NCBI GenBank assembly: GCA_963738835.1 | Contig: CAVTYH010000009.1 | Coordinates: forward strand, 121,533-185,532 | Direction of reading: 5' to 3' | Source: Pirellulales bacterium | GTDB lineage: Bacteria; Planctomycetota; Planctomycetia; Pirellulales; JADZDJ01 | DNA: 64,000 bases | Shown here: positions 9,374 through 19,224 of the stretch, piece after piece | How positions within the stretch are numbered: the stretch's first letter is position 1 | Layout: each line of letters opens with the position of its first letter | Position numbers and translations under genes: made by a program | The notes under the pieces: generated by a model | Seen by the model: the letters and a program-made list of their open reading frames with translations, nothing else | Databases searched by the model: none | What the model was told of the DNA's origin: nothing

Positions 9374-10780
9374 TTAATGTGTGTTGTTATTGATTTTGGC
9401 TGGATTACCTGCTGCCAGTTTCATGGCATAGCGCCACAATACTTCCAATGCCACGGCCACGTCGGCTTCCATCACCGATTCGTCGGGATGATGGCTCACG
9501 CCGCCGGCGCAGCGGACGAACAGCATTCCAACTGGAAAACGGCGCGACATGATGGCGGCGTCGTGGCCTGCGCCACTGGGCAATTTGAACGGCCTGACAC
9601 CAGCTTCGATTACACATTGTTCCAAAAGCGATTGATTTTGGGCATCGCAATGCACGGCGCGATATGATTGCGCTCGGCCCAGGTCGAATTCGATTTCTCG
9701 CTCTTCGGCAATCAGAGCCGCTTGATGCGTAATTTCGCGAAATGCAGCGTCCCGCACATCATCGTCCTGATGCCGCACGTCGAGCGATAGGTTCACTTCG
9801 CCTGGAATGACGTTCGAGACATTGGGCAGCACTTCGACTTGCCCGACGGTGGCAACCAGACCGGACCGCTGGCGCGCCGTTCGCTCTACCTGGGCAATGA
9901 ACATCGCGGCGGCTGCCAGCGCATCGTGGCGTCCCGACATCGGCACGGCGCCGGCATGACCTGCTTGACCGACGAATTGAAAATCGGCGCGAGTTTGTCC
10001 GGTGATGCCAGTGACGATGCCGATGGGAAGATTTTCGGCTTCCAAGATCGGGCCTTGTTCGATATGCGGTTCGATGTAGGCAATCACGTTCTCCGGTGGA
10101 TGAACCGCATCCGGCAATGCACCTGGATCGCAACCGAACCGACGCAAGGCATCGAGCAGAGAAATTCCATCAGCATCGGTGCGGTCCAGCAAATCTTTTG
10201 GCATGTCGCCAATCAATGCACGCGAGCCGATGAATGGCGTTTGATATCGGACCCCCTCTTCTTCGCTGAAGGCGATCACATCGATAGAGAACGGCAAATC
10301 GACGCCCATTTCTGCAGCAAGTTCAGTTACGGCCAGGCCCAGTATTACACCCAGAATGCCGTCGTACCGGCCGGCATTGGCGACCGTGTCTAAGTGCGAG
10401 CCAATGAGAAGAATTTTGTGTGCACTCGTCCCCCTCGCCGCGCCTTCCGCAGCCGACGCAGAACTTGGATCTTGAGGACTATTTGATGCCAACCGGCCGA
10501 TCAGGTTGCCAGCGGCGTCGATCCTGCACTTCAGTCCTGCCGTTTCCATCCATTCTCGCACCAGCCGATGGGCCGCTTGCATGGCAGGCGAGCAGAAAAA
10601 TCGCGCGATCTGAGCTGGTCGGTCAGTGCATTTGGCCAGCTCATCGCAGCGATGCATCACACGACGTGCCGCAGAGCGAACGATTGTCGAGTTGACTTCC
10701 GATTTCGCGGTTGGTGCATCACTGGTCATTCGTGCTTCGTCACTGTTCATTCCCAGCCATACCGGTACCCAGAGGGGCAA
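9374..10780 (-). CDS. Second M20-family amidohydrolase paralog (AAH/UAH type)
   Basis: Motifs GSHLDTVANAGRYDGILGVILGLAV, FSEEEGVRY, IEQGP and GQAGHAG. The true start is probably internal (MNSDE... or MTSDA...). Confidence 0.8.
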   Translation of the reverse strand: MPLWVPVWLGMNSDEARMTSDAPTAKSEVNSTIVRSAARRVMHRCDELAKCTDRPAQIARFFCSPAMQAAHRLVREWMETAGLKCRIDAAGNLIGRLASNSPQDPSSASAAEGAARGTSAHKILLIGSHLDTVANAGRYDGILGVILGLAVTELAAEMGVDLPFSIDVIAFSEEEGVRYQTPFIGSRALIGDMPKDLLDRTDADGISLLDALRRFGCDPGALPDAVHPPENVIAYIEPHIEQGPILEAENLPIGIVTGITGQTRADFQFVGQAGHAGAVPMSGRHDALAAAAMFIAQVERTARQRSGLVATVGQVEVLPNVSNVIPGEVNLSLDVRHQDDDVRDAAFREITHQAALIAEEREIEFDLGRAQSYRAVHCDAQNQSLLEQCVIEAGVRPFKLPSGAGHDAAIMSRRFPVGMLFVRCAGGVSHHPDESVMEADVAVALEVLWRYAMKLAAGNPAKINNNTH

Positions 10781-10812
10781 TCCTGGAGTATAGTATGGAC
10801 AGGCGGCCTTGC

Positions 10813-10842
10813 GTAGCCGAGCGGCCCAACTCGGTGCTTTTT
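10813..10842 (+). repeat. GTAG-hairpin followed by a T-run in the divergent xdh/ureide intergenic region
   Basis: GTAG-CCGAG-cggcccaa-CTCGG-TGCTTTTT, about 25 nt before the xdhA start. It resembles the 54576-54600 element. Confidence 0.4.
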
Positions 10843-10867
10843 CAGGCGGCAGTTTGATCTAAATGGC

Positions 10868-12361
10868 GTGCCGATGGCCACCCGCGATCACCTCGTTCTG
10901 TTTATCAATGGAAAGCGGCGCGAGGTTCAGGGCAGCGACTGCTTCCTGAGCCTCAGCGACTTTCTCCGCTACCGCCTTGGGCTGGTCGGAACAAAGATCG
11001 TCTGTTCCGAGGGTGATTGCGGCTCTTGCACCGTGCTGGTTGGCAAGCCCGATCGCAAACCAGGCGGGCCAGCGTTTCGGCATCAGCCGATCGATTCGTG
11101 CATTCGGCTGATGTTCCAGTTAGACGGTGTGCACGTGGTGACGATCGAGGGATTGCGCCACGGTAGCGAACTCACGCCGATTCAGCAGGCGATGGTCGAT
11201 TGCCACGGCTCGCAATGCGGTTTTTGCACACCAGGCTTCGTGATGGCCATGACGGGCGTGCATGAGCAATGCAATGGCGACGCGCCGAGCGAAGACGATT
11301 GGCGACATGCACTGACCGGGAACTTATGCCGCTGTACCGGTTACACGCCGATTCTCAAAGCCGCCAAGCAGGCGATTCCCGATGATTTAGATCGCGACCT
11401 GGCGACATTGAACGATGTTTATTCGCCCGAGCCAATGATCCGCGAGTTGGCGACGTTGGCCGACAATGTGCTCGATCTGCGCGGCGATTGCTGTGAAGGC
11501 GAGCGGCGAGCTTATTGTCCGATAACGATTGACGAGGCAATTGCCTTTCAATCTGAGAATCCGCAAGCAAAGATTGTTGCCGGAGCAACTGATGTTGGCG
11601 TGCAGTTAAATAAACGGGTCATCGAGCCGACGACGACGTTTCTCGATTTGAATCGGGTGACGGAATTGGAGGGCGTGCGAGTCGACGGCGATGAGAATGC
11701 CAAAACAATTGTTGCCGGAGCCCGCAGCGCTTGGACGGAGCTGTTGGAACTCTGTCGTGCCGAGGCGCCTGAATTCGCCGAAATCATTTCCGTTTTCGGC
11801 TCGCCGCAAATTCGGCATGTCGGCACAATCGGCGGTAACATCATCAACGCTTCGCCAATCGCCGATTCGTTGCCATTTTTGTTCGTCATGGAAGCCGAAC
11901 TGGAATTGGCCGGTCCGGCAGGTCGCCGTCAGGTGAACATCAATCAGTTTTATCACGGCTACAAAAAGCTTGATCTTCGGCCCGATGAATTGCTGACGAG
12001 CATTCGCATCCCGTTGCCGAAAGCCGACGAACTGCTGCGGCTGTACAAAATCTCGCGGCGGCGCGATCTCGACATTTCCACGTTTACTGCAGCTATCCGC
12101 ATGCGGCTGGACGGCGACACCATCAGAGAGGCGGCGTTGGCTTACGGTGCCGTTGGCCCCACAGTCTTGCGACTGCGTCGAACGGAAGATTATTTACGTG
12201 GCCAATCCTTCAGCGAAGAAACAATGCAAGCCGCCGGAGACATGGCGATTGAAGAAATCACTCCAATCAGCGATGTCCGCGGCAGCAAAGATTACCGGTA
12301 CCAACTAGCCCGCAATGTGCTTTTGAAGTTTTATCACGAGCAACAAGTGGCGATTGCATAA
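10868..12361 (+). CDS. xdhA: Xanthine dehydrogenase small subunit ([2Fe-2S] + FAD-binding)
   Basis: CSEGDCGSCTV and CHGSQCGFCTPG...CRCTGY iron-sulfur motifs. FAD domain GTIGGNIINASPIAD. The stop overlaps the xdhB ATG (TAATG). Confidence 0.9.
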   Translation: MPMATRDHLVLFINGKRREVQGSDCFLSLSDFLRYRLGLVGTKIVCSEGDCGSCTVLVGKPDRKPGGPAFRHQPIDSCIRLMFQLDGVHVVTIEGLRHGSELTPIQQAMVDCHGSQCGFCTPGFVMAMTGVHEQCNGDAPSEDDWRHALTGNLCRCTGYTPILKAAKQAIPDDLDRDLATLNDVYSPEPMIRELATLADNVLDLRGDCCEGERRAYCPITIDEAIAFQSENPQAKIVAGATDVGVQLNKRVIEPTTTFLDLNRVTELEGVRVDGDENAKTIVAGARSAWTELLELCRAEAPEFAEIISVFGSPQIRHVGTIGGNIINASPIADSLPFLFVMEAELELAGPAGRRQVNINQFYHGYKKLDLRPDELLTSIRIPLPKADELLRLYKISRRRDLDISTFTAAIRMRLDGDTIREAALAYGAVGPTVLRLRRTEDYLRGQSFSEETMQAAGDMAIEEITPISDVRGSKDYRYQLARNVLLKFYHEQQVAIA

Positions 12362-14846
12362 TGCCCAGCGTCGGCAAACCAATTCCGCACGATTCCGCCC
12401 TCGGCCATGTGACCGGCGCCGCGCCGTACATCGACGACATTCCGTCGCGCAGTGATGAACTGTTCGTCGGCTTTGTCGGCAACCCGGTGGCCAGCGGTCG
12501 GATTGAATCGATCGATTCCGCCGCGGCGCAGTCGCTGCCCGGCGTGGTCGCTATTTACACCGCCGACGATTTGCCCGGTGAAAAATATTTCGGTCCGCTG
12601 TTCAAAGACGAGCCGGTGCTGGCCGATGGCGAAGTGCTGTATGTCGGCCAGCCGGTGGTCATTGTCGCCTCCGAAACTCGCGCAGTGTTGGAACGCGCTC
12701 GACGGTTGATCAAAATCAATGTCACGCCGACTGAGCCGATTCTCTCGATCGAAAAGGCAATTGAAATGGGCCGCTTTATCGGACCGCCGCGACAAATTCT
12801 GCGCGGCGATCCGGAGGCAGCCATGAAATCGGCGCCACATCGGCTGTCGGGCGTATTCCACAATTTGGGTCAGGAACAATTCTACCTGGAATCGCAAGCC
12901 GCGCTGGCGTATCCCGGTGAGCAAGGGCAGGTTATCGTCCATAGTTCCACGCAAAGTCCGACGGAAACACAACACGTCGTGGCCGAATCGCTGGGGCTGC
13001 ACATGCACCAAGTTGTGTGCATCTGCAAACGCATGGGAGGCGGCTTCGGTGGCAAAGAAACGCAGGGTGGAATTCCGGCCATCATGGCCGTCCTGGTGGC
13101 CACCAAAACCGGCCGTGCCGCGCGGGTGATTTACAACAAAGACGATGACATGCAATCGACCGGCAAGCGCCATGCCTACCGGGCCGAGTGGGAAGTCGGC
13201 TTTGACGATGCCGGCCAAATCCTCGCCTACCGAGTGCAGTTCTACTCCGATGGCGGAGCGGCGGCCGATCTTTCCACCTCGGTCCTGGAACGCACCATAC
13301 TGCATGCCGAGAACGCGTATTACATTCCGAACATTGACATCCGCGGCCGCGTGTGTTTCACCAACTATCCGCCCAACACGGCCTTCCGCGGCTTCGGCGG
13401 ACCACAGGGGATGGTGACGATCGAGAATGTGGTTTGCGAGATTGCTGCGTATCTGAAGAATCGCGGCATCGAATCCAACGGAAAACAGGAAAGCAACGGG
13501 CAACTGATGCCGGGAGCCACTGCTGGCTTGCTCTGCAATGTTTTGACCAGCGCAGTTTGATATTCAGCTGCGAAATGTCTACGGCACCGACGATCGCAAC
13601 ATCACGCCCTACGGTCAGATTTTCAAAAAGAATCATCTGCCGGAGATTCTAACATCGCTGGCTGATCGCTGCCAATTTCGCCGTCGGCTGAATGATATTG
13701 AAGCGACCAACCGAACCGATCGCTTGTGGCTACGAGGTTTGGCCATTTCGCCGGTGAAATTCGGAATCTCGTTCACGACGAAGTTTTTGAATCAAGGCAA
13801 CGCGCGTCGTGAATGTGTACTATGACGGCACGGTGCAAGTCTCCACAGGCGGCACCGAGATGGGGCAAGGATTGAACGTAAAAATTCGCCAACTCGTGGC
13901 CGACGAATTTGGACTCTCGCCCGCTCGTGTGCTGATCATGTCCACCTCGACCGAGAAAAATCCCAACACTTCGCCCACCGCCGCCTCAGCCGGCACCGAT
14001 TTGAACGGCTTTGCCGCGGTGAATGCCTGCAGACAAATCAAAGAGCGGTTGATGGCTTTTGCAGCACGGCGATTTGCTCATCCAGAGTTGGGTCTGACCG
14101 AATCTTCGGCACACGTTGCATTTGACGATGGCTATGTGTTCGATACACGCAATCCCGAGCAGAGAATTTCATTCAGCGATCTTTGCAATGCAGCACGGCG
14201 GGAACGCGTCGATCTTGGCGCCCGCGGGTTCTATGCCACCCCGGGAGTCGATTACAACCGCGAGACGGGCCGCGGCAATCCGTTTTTGTATTTCACGCAG
14301 GGGGCGGCGGCAGCGGAAGTGAAGATCGATCGCTTCACCGGCGAACTCTCTGTGCCGCGCGTCGATTTGCTGATCGACATCGGCCGCTCGATCAATCCCG
14401 GCGTCGACATGGGCCAGATCACGGGCGGCTTTATCCAAGGCCAGGGCTGGGTGACTGGTGAATGTTTGGTCTACAACGAGCGCGGCGAGTTGCTCTCGCA
14501 CTCGCCAACGACCTACAAAATTCCCGCCATTACTGACGTGCCGCCGATTTTCAACTGCGAGCTGTTCCCCAACGACGACAACACGGAAAACATCGCGGCG
14601 AGCAAAGCCGTCGGCGAGCCCCCGCTGATGCACGCGCTCTGCATCTGGACCGCCGCAAAACACGCGTTGGGCTGTGTCTCGGCCGAATCCGCCAGAGAAC
14701 TCCGCTTGCCGGCCACCGGCGAAGAGATTTTGCGCTGTCTGACGATCTCTCAACAGCGTCGGCAAGTCGCAACCACAAATCAGAACGGACAATCTACCGC
14801 CGAGACGCAGAGACACGGAGAAGAAACACCGATAACCAAGCACTGA
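12361..14846 (+). CDS. xdhB: Xanthine dehydrogenase molybdopterin-binding subunit, reading frame broken twice (13459-13557 and ~13806)
   Basis: N-terminal ORF 12361-13560 (GGGFGGKETQ, AFRGFGGPQG). Middle part in a second frame (PAQFDIQLRNVYG...ISPVKFGISFT..FLNQGNA). C-terminal ORF 13809-14846 (VNVYYDGTVQVSTGGTEMGQGL). Confidence 0.85.
13459..13546 (+). other. 88-nt hairpin-capable insert interrupting xdhB
   Basis: Removing 13459-13546 joins ...EIAAYLK to PAQFDIQLRNVYG in frame (88 = 1 mod 3). It contains stems CGGCATC (13464-70)/GATGCCG (13506-12) and GAGCCA (13514-19)/TGGCTT (13524-29). Confidence 0.45.
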
Positions 14847-14873
14847 TGATCGCTTTTGGATCTCCAGCAATTT

Positions 14874-14901
14874 GTCATTGAGATTTGGTCATTCGTCATT
14901 A
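14874..14901 (+). repeat. Heptad-periodic GTCA leader before the xdhC start
   Basis: TTTGTCA TTGAGAT TTGGTCA TTCGTCA TTAATCG, ending 7 nt before the ATG at 14908. Confidence 0.5.
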
Positions 14902-14907
14902 ATCGCT

Positions 14908-15720
14908 ATGCCCGTCCCTCACGGTTTCGTCGAAAAACTCGCTGAGTTATCCGCCGCGGGCCGACCATTTGTCTCGGTTACGCTGGCCGAAACTGTCGGC
15001 AGCACGCCGCAGGATGTCGGCACGAAAATGCTGGTCGATGAGGTGGGCTTGGTGTTCGGTACTGTAGGCGGCGGGCGAGTCGAGAATAAGTCCATCGGCC
15101 ATGCTCAATCGTTGCTGACCGAGACAGCTGGAACTAACGCGCAAACCTGCTCGCTCGTCGAATGGAATCTGCAGCGCGATGTCGGCATGACCTGTGGCGG
15201 CGTCGTGAAGCTCTTGTTCGAGACGTACAACTTTCGTGATTGGCAGATTGTGGTGTTCGGCGCCGGCCACGTCTCTCAGGCTTTGGTACGCTGTCTGCTG
15301 CTCTTGGAATGTCGCCTGGTGTGCATTGATCAGCGCGACGATTGGCTTGAAAAGATGCCACAATCGACGAAGTTACGGACAGTTCAATTGTCCGAGCCAC
15401 GCGAGTTCGTCAGTCAATTGCAGACAGACGATTTCGTCATCTGCATGACCATGGGCCACCGCACCGACCGACCGATTTTGCAAGCCATCTTCGAGCGCCG
15501 CTTGCAGCCACGGTATCTGGGCGTCATCGGAAGCCAGGCGAAACGCAAGGTGCTGCTGCGCGAACTGGCTGAATCGGGCATTCCCCCTGAAGTTGCCGAG
15601 CAATTCTGTTGCCCAATCGGACTGCCGCTGGGCACGAATCAGCCCGGCGAAATCGCCGTGAGCATCGCCGCCGAGTTGATTCAATGCCGCGATACTGCAA
15701 CCAGCGCCGTGCCAAAATGA
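14908..15720 (+). CDS. xdhC: Xanthine dehydrogenase accessory/maturation protein XdhC
   Basis: XdhC/CoxI pattern: VTLAETVGSTPQDVGTKMLV, GTVGGGRVE, and a Rossmann-like IVVFGAGHVSQAL. ATG at 14908 is preferred over the TTG at 14872. Confidence 0.85.
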   Translation: MPVPHGFVEKLAELSAAGRPFVSVTLAETVGSTPQDVGTKMLVDEVGLVFGTVGGGRVENKSIGHAQSLLTETAGTNAQTCSLVEWNLQRDVGMTCGGVVKLLFETYNFRDWQIVVFGAGHVSQALVRCLLLLECRLVCIDQRDDWLEKMPQSTKLRTVQLSEPREFVSQLQTDDFVICMTMGHRTDRPILQAIFERRLQPRYLGVIGSQAKRKVLLRELAESGIPPEVAEQFCCPIGLPLGTNQPGEIAVSIAAELIQCRDTATSAVPK

Positions 15721-15730
15721 TTTACGCATC

Positions 15731-16642
15731 ATGATGTTATCCCGCAAGCGATTTCGACGTTTGGCGTATCTGGCGGTCTCGCTCACGGCGTTGTGGTTGC
15801 TATGCTCATTCGCAGTTGCTCATCGATATGTTGCTCGTGCTCAACCTATTCAGAATGAGCCAGTGCCTTCGATCCATTGGGGCAATATCCACCCAGTGCG
15901 GTTTACAACCGACGACGGAGAGCAAATTGGCACTTGGTTTATCGACGGCCAAACAGACCATCCTGTCGTGTTGTTTCTGCACGGCAACGGGAGCTGTCGG
16001 TCGACTTGCCTCGGTCCAGCCGAAATGCTTGCCGGGCAGGGCTACTCGGTGTTGATGCTTTCACTGAGAGCCCACGGAGACTCAACGGGCCAATTAAACG
16101 ACTTCGGCTATCGCGCCCGGCTCGATGTTTTGACGGCGGTAAAATGGGTGGAGCAAAATAAGCCTGGCCGTCCAATCGTGGTGTGGGGACAGTCGCTCGG
16201 TTCGGCCGCTGCCGTATTTGCTGCGAACGATCTTGGCAAGCAAGTCGGCGGATACATTCTGGAATGTCCGTATCGAGACTTACGCACGGCGGTTTGGAAT
16301 CGGCTCGCAATGCGACTTCCGCCTCCTCAAGATCACGTTGCCTATGCAGGGTTGCTGACGGTGTCGCCGCTGGTGCTTTCGAATATCGATCAGATTTCGC
16401 CGGTAGATGCGGTTTCCAAGATTCCAGCTTCTATGCCGGTGCTGATTTTGGCAGGGAGCCGTGACCAACGAGCTCCGGCGTCAGACGCACGAGCGATCCA
16501 GAACCGGATTGCGGACCACTCGGAGCTGATCGTAATCGAAGGCGCCGACCATTTGCAGCTACAAACCACTAATCCGACTGCTTACCAAGCCGCAATTTCC
16601 GATTTCTTGACCAACTGCGGCAAAGGCAAGAATGCGCCGTGA
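15731..16642 (+). CDS. Membrane-anchored alpha/beta hydrolase
   Basis: N-terminal TM LAYLAVSLTALWLLCSFAV. Motifs LFLHGNGS, nucleophile elbow GQSLGS, and a C-terminal GADH. Confidence 0.7.
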   Translation: MMLSRKRFRRLAYLAVSLTALWLLCSFAVAHRYVARAQPIQNEPVPSIHWGNIHPVRFTTDDGEQIGTWFIDGQTDHPVVLFLHGNGSCRSTCLGPAEMLAGQGYSVLMLSLRAHGDSTGQLNDFGYRARLDVLTAVKWVEQNKPGRPIVVWGQSLGSAAAVFAANDLGKQVGGYILECPYRDLRTAVWNRLAMRLPPPQDHVAYAGLLTVSPLVLSNIDQISPVDAVSKIPASMPVLILAGSRDQRAPASDARAIQNRIADHSELIVIEGADHLQLQTTNPTAYQAAISDFLTNCGKGKNAP

Positions 16643-16694
16643 TGATGGCAATCGGATGAGCACGACTCGTGCACCGAGGCATGAATTTGTCGCC

Positions 16695-18192
16695 TCACCC
16701 TTTCATATTCATGCTCATCAAGAATTCCCCATTCGTCTTGCATTTCAGCAAGCGGCCGGTGAGAAATTCCATGGCGTCGGGCGGGTTCATGTCGTGCAGC
16801 ACTCGGCGCAGGATGCTGATGCGGCGATGTTCTTCCGGGTCGAGCAGCATTTCTTCGCGACGAGTGCCGCTGCGGGAAATGTCGATCGACGGCCAGATGC
16901 GTTTGTCGACCAGTGCCCGATCGAGCACGATTTCCAAATTGCCAGTGCCTTTGAACTCTTCAAAGATCACATCGTCCATTTTGCTGCCGGTGTCGACCAG
17001 CGCCGTGGCCAGAATCGTGAGTGAGCCGCCTTCTTCGACCTTCCGTGCCGAGCCGAAGAATTTCTTAGGGCGCTGTAAAGCGTTGGCATCGACGCCGCCG
17101 CTGAGAACACGGCCGCTGCTGGGGCATTCGGAATTGTGGGCTCGTGCCAACCGAGTGATCGAGTCGAGGAAGATGATCACATCGTGGCCATATTCCACCA
17201 TCCGCTTGGCCTTTTCGATAACCATTTCGGCCACTTGAATGTGCCGGGCCGCGTCTTCATCAAAGGTGCTGGAAATCACCTCGCACTGCGGACCTTTCAC
17301 CTGCCGCTCCATATCGGTGACTTCTTCCGGCCGTTCATCGATCAGCAGCATGATGACGTACACATCCGGGTAGTTGGCGATGACGGCCTTTGCCATTTTT
17401 TGCAGCAGGATCGTCTTGCCGGCTCGCGGCGGGCTGACGATCAGACCGCGCTGGCCGAAGCCAATAGGTACGATCAAATCGACCACCCGCATGTTCATTT
17501 CATCGGTCGTGGTTTCCAGCACGATGCGTTTATCGGGATGCAGTGGCGTGAGATCGTCGAAGAAGACTTTGTCCGACAGTTTGTTCGGGTCATCGCTGTT
17601 GATTGCCTCGACACGCAGCAAAGCGAAATAGCGTTCGTTCTCTTTCGGCGGCCGAATTTGCCCCGCCACGGTTGCTCCGGTGCGCAGGCCAAAGCGGCGA
17701 ATTTGGCTGGGGGAAACGTAAATGTCGTCGGGACAGGAAAGATAGTGGTAATCGGGGCTGCGGAGAAAACCGAAGCCGTCCGGCAGAATTTCGAGCGTGC
17801 CTTCGCCGAACATCAGACCGTTCATCTTCACTCGCTCTTTGAGCAGTTTGAAGATCAGGTCTTGGCGCTTAATGCCGGTGATTTCGGAGATGTTTTCTTT
17901 GCGGGCTTCGTCGATGAGCTGAGTCATCGACATCCGTTGCAGCTCAGCAATATGGATGTCGCCCTGTTTAACCGATTCGTAATGCTCATGAACGATGTCG
18001 GTTTCGCCGGCATCCAGATCTTCCGCAATTTCTTCTGCCAGCGAGAGCGGCTCGCCTTCGGCTTCTCAGTTGCGCTTCGATTTCATCGAGCGTGGGTTTC
18101 AGCACATCACCATTGGTGCCCTCTGGGCTAATGCCAGCTGCGAAGCCGCGGGATAGGCGCTTTTCGCGATTGGTTGTTTTAGATTCAGGCAT
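16695..18192 (-). CDS. rho: Transcription termination factor Rho with N-terminal extension (apparent frameshift ~18067)
   Basis: ORF 16695-17933 carries the Rho core ([14 protein letters not shown]-like, Walker [17 protein letters not shown]). The upstream frame reads ...[18 protein letters not shown]...HIAELQRM, and ORF 17986-18192 supplies [10 protein letters not shown]...DEIEAQL. Confidence 0.85.
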
Positions 18193-18496
18193 AATTCATT
18201 GAACTCCTGACGAAAGCGATAGTGCCATCGCGCGGAAGGCGACGGCGGCGGGGTAGATTTGGGTGACTTGGCGTTTGCGTTTCTAAGTGTCTTTGTCAGA
18301 CTCTTAGGCACTTAAATGCCTTGCTTCAAACAACCTCGTGTTGTCCGTGGGCAAATACTCGGGATGTGATTGGTAAATCGCCGGCTAACGTTTTCCGAGT
18401 TGCCGGCAAGCGGAATGGCAGTGCGAAGGGCGCGCTGAAAACCGATGGGTCCGATTGGATGGTGGGAGGCCGAACGCCTCAGATGGGATGGCCAGC

Positions 18497-19141
18497 TCAA
18501 TCCATTGCCGGCCGATCTGGCAGGATAGTTTCCGACGCTTGGGGCGAAAGAAGCGTCTGCCAGCAACGTTCAACCTGTGACTGAATATAGCTTACATCCC
18601 GCGAATTATCCAGCACGAAATTGGCACAGCGCCGTTTCTCATCGACCGGCTCCTGAGAAGCCTCCCGGCGCTCGAATTCCTGGGCGTTCCAGCCTCGTTT
18701 TAAGGCCCGAGCCAGCCGCTGGTCGAGCGGAGAATCGACGAATGCTAGCGAATCGCAAAACTGATCCCAACCGGCTTTTAACATGACCGGCGCATCCAGA
18801 ACGACCAGCCGCCTGCCTTCCCGAGCCATTTGCTCCGCCTCGGCTTTGAGCCGCTCGCGAATTTCTGGATGCGTAATGCGTTCCAATTCGGTTAGTTCGC
18901 GCGGGCCACTGGGGGGAGGTGCGAAAACAATCTCGGCCAGAGCTTGGCGATCGACTTCACCGTCGGGACCGATCACGTCTTTGCCCCAACGTCCGCCAAT
19001 GGCCGCCCGCACCGCCGGCAACCGCAGCACTTCGTGCCCAGCCCGATCGGCATCGAGCACCCCAGCACCGAGCTGGCGAAACAACTCCGCCACCGTGCTT
19101 TTGCCACTTGCGACGCCACCGAGCAGACCGAGAATTTTCAT
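18497..19141 (-). CDS. coaE: Dephospho-CoA kinase
   Basis: MKILGLLGGVASGKSTVA P-loop, DADRAGHEVL, about 200 aa. Confidence 0.85.
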   Translation of the reverse strand: MKILGLLGGVASGKSTVAELFRQLGAGVLDADRAGHEVLRLPAVRAAIGGRWGKDVIGPDGEVDRQALAEIVFAPPPSGPRELTELERITHPEIRERLKAEAEQMAREGRRLVVLDAPVMLKAGWDQFCDSLAFVDSPLDQRLARALKRGWNAQEFERREASQEPVDEKRRCANFVLDNSRDVSYIQSQVERCWQTLLSPQASETILPDRPAMD

Positions 19142-19142
19142 T

Positions 19143-19177
19143 GTCAGGAGTCAGAGATCAGAGGTCAGGAGTCAATT
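19143..19177 (-). repeat. Five 7-nt-periodic TGA-containing units abutting the coaE start
   Basis: The coding strand reads AATTGAC TCCTGAC CTCTGAT CTCTGAC TCCTGAC A-ATG. TCA on the plus strand falls at 19144, 19151, 19158, 19165 and 19172, exactly 7 nt apart. Confidence 0.7.
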
Positions 19178-19224
19178 TCCTTGTGGCTTAGTGATTGCCG
19201 AAAATCCATCTGGATCTCACAGTG

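Noticed and set aside
12334-13503. 389-aa ORF antisense to xdhB. Similar long antisense ORFs occur at 14169-14870, 17136-18131 (opposite rho), 23483-24253, 32085-33050, 33831-34838 and 61400-62062.
   Set aside because: All lie exactly opposite strongly conserved genes and have Arg/Gly/Ala-rich, low-complexity translations with no recognisable motifs. They are typical shadow ORFs of GC-rich DNA.
13459-13546. Possible hammerhead-like ribozyme in the xdhB insert (CTGATG...GAAA strings).
   Set aside because: The core reads CUGAUGC rather than CUGAUGA. I could not place a consistent three-stem junction or a cleavage-site triplet, so only generic hairpin potential is claimed.
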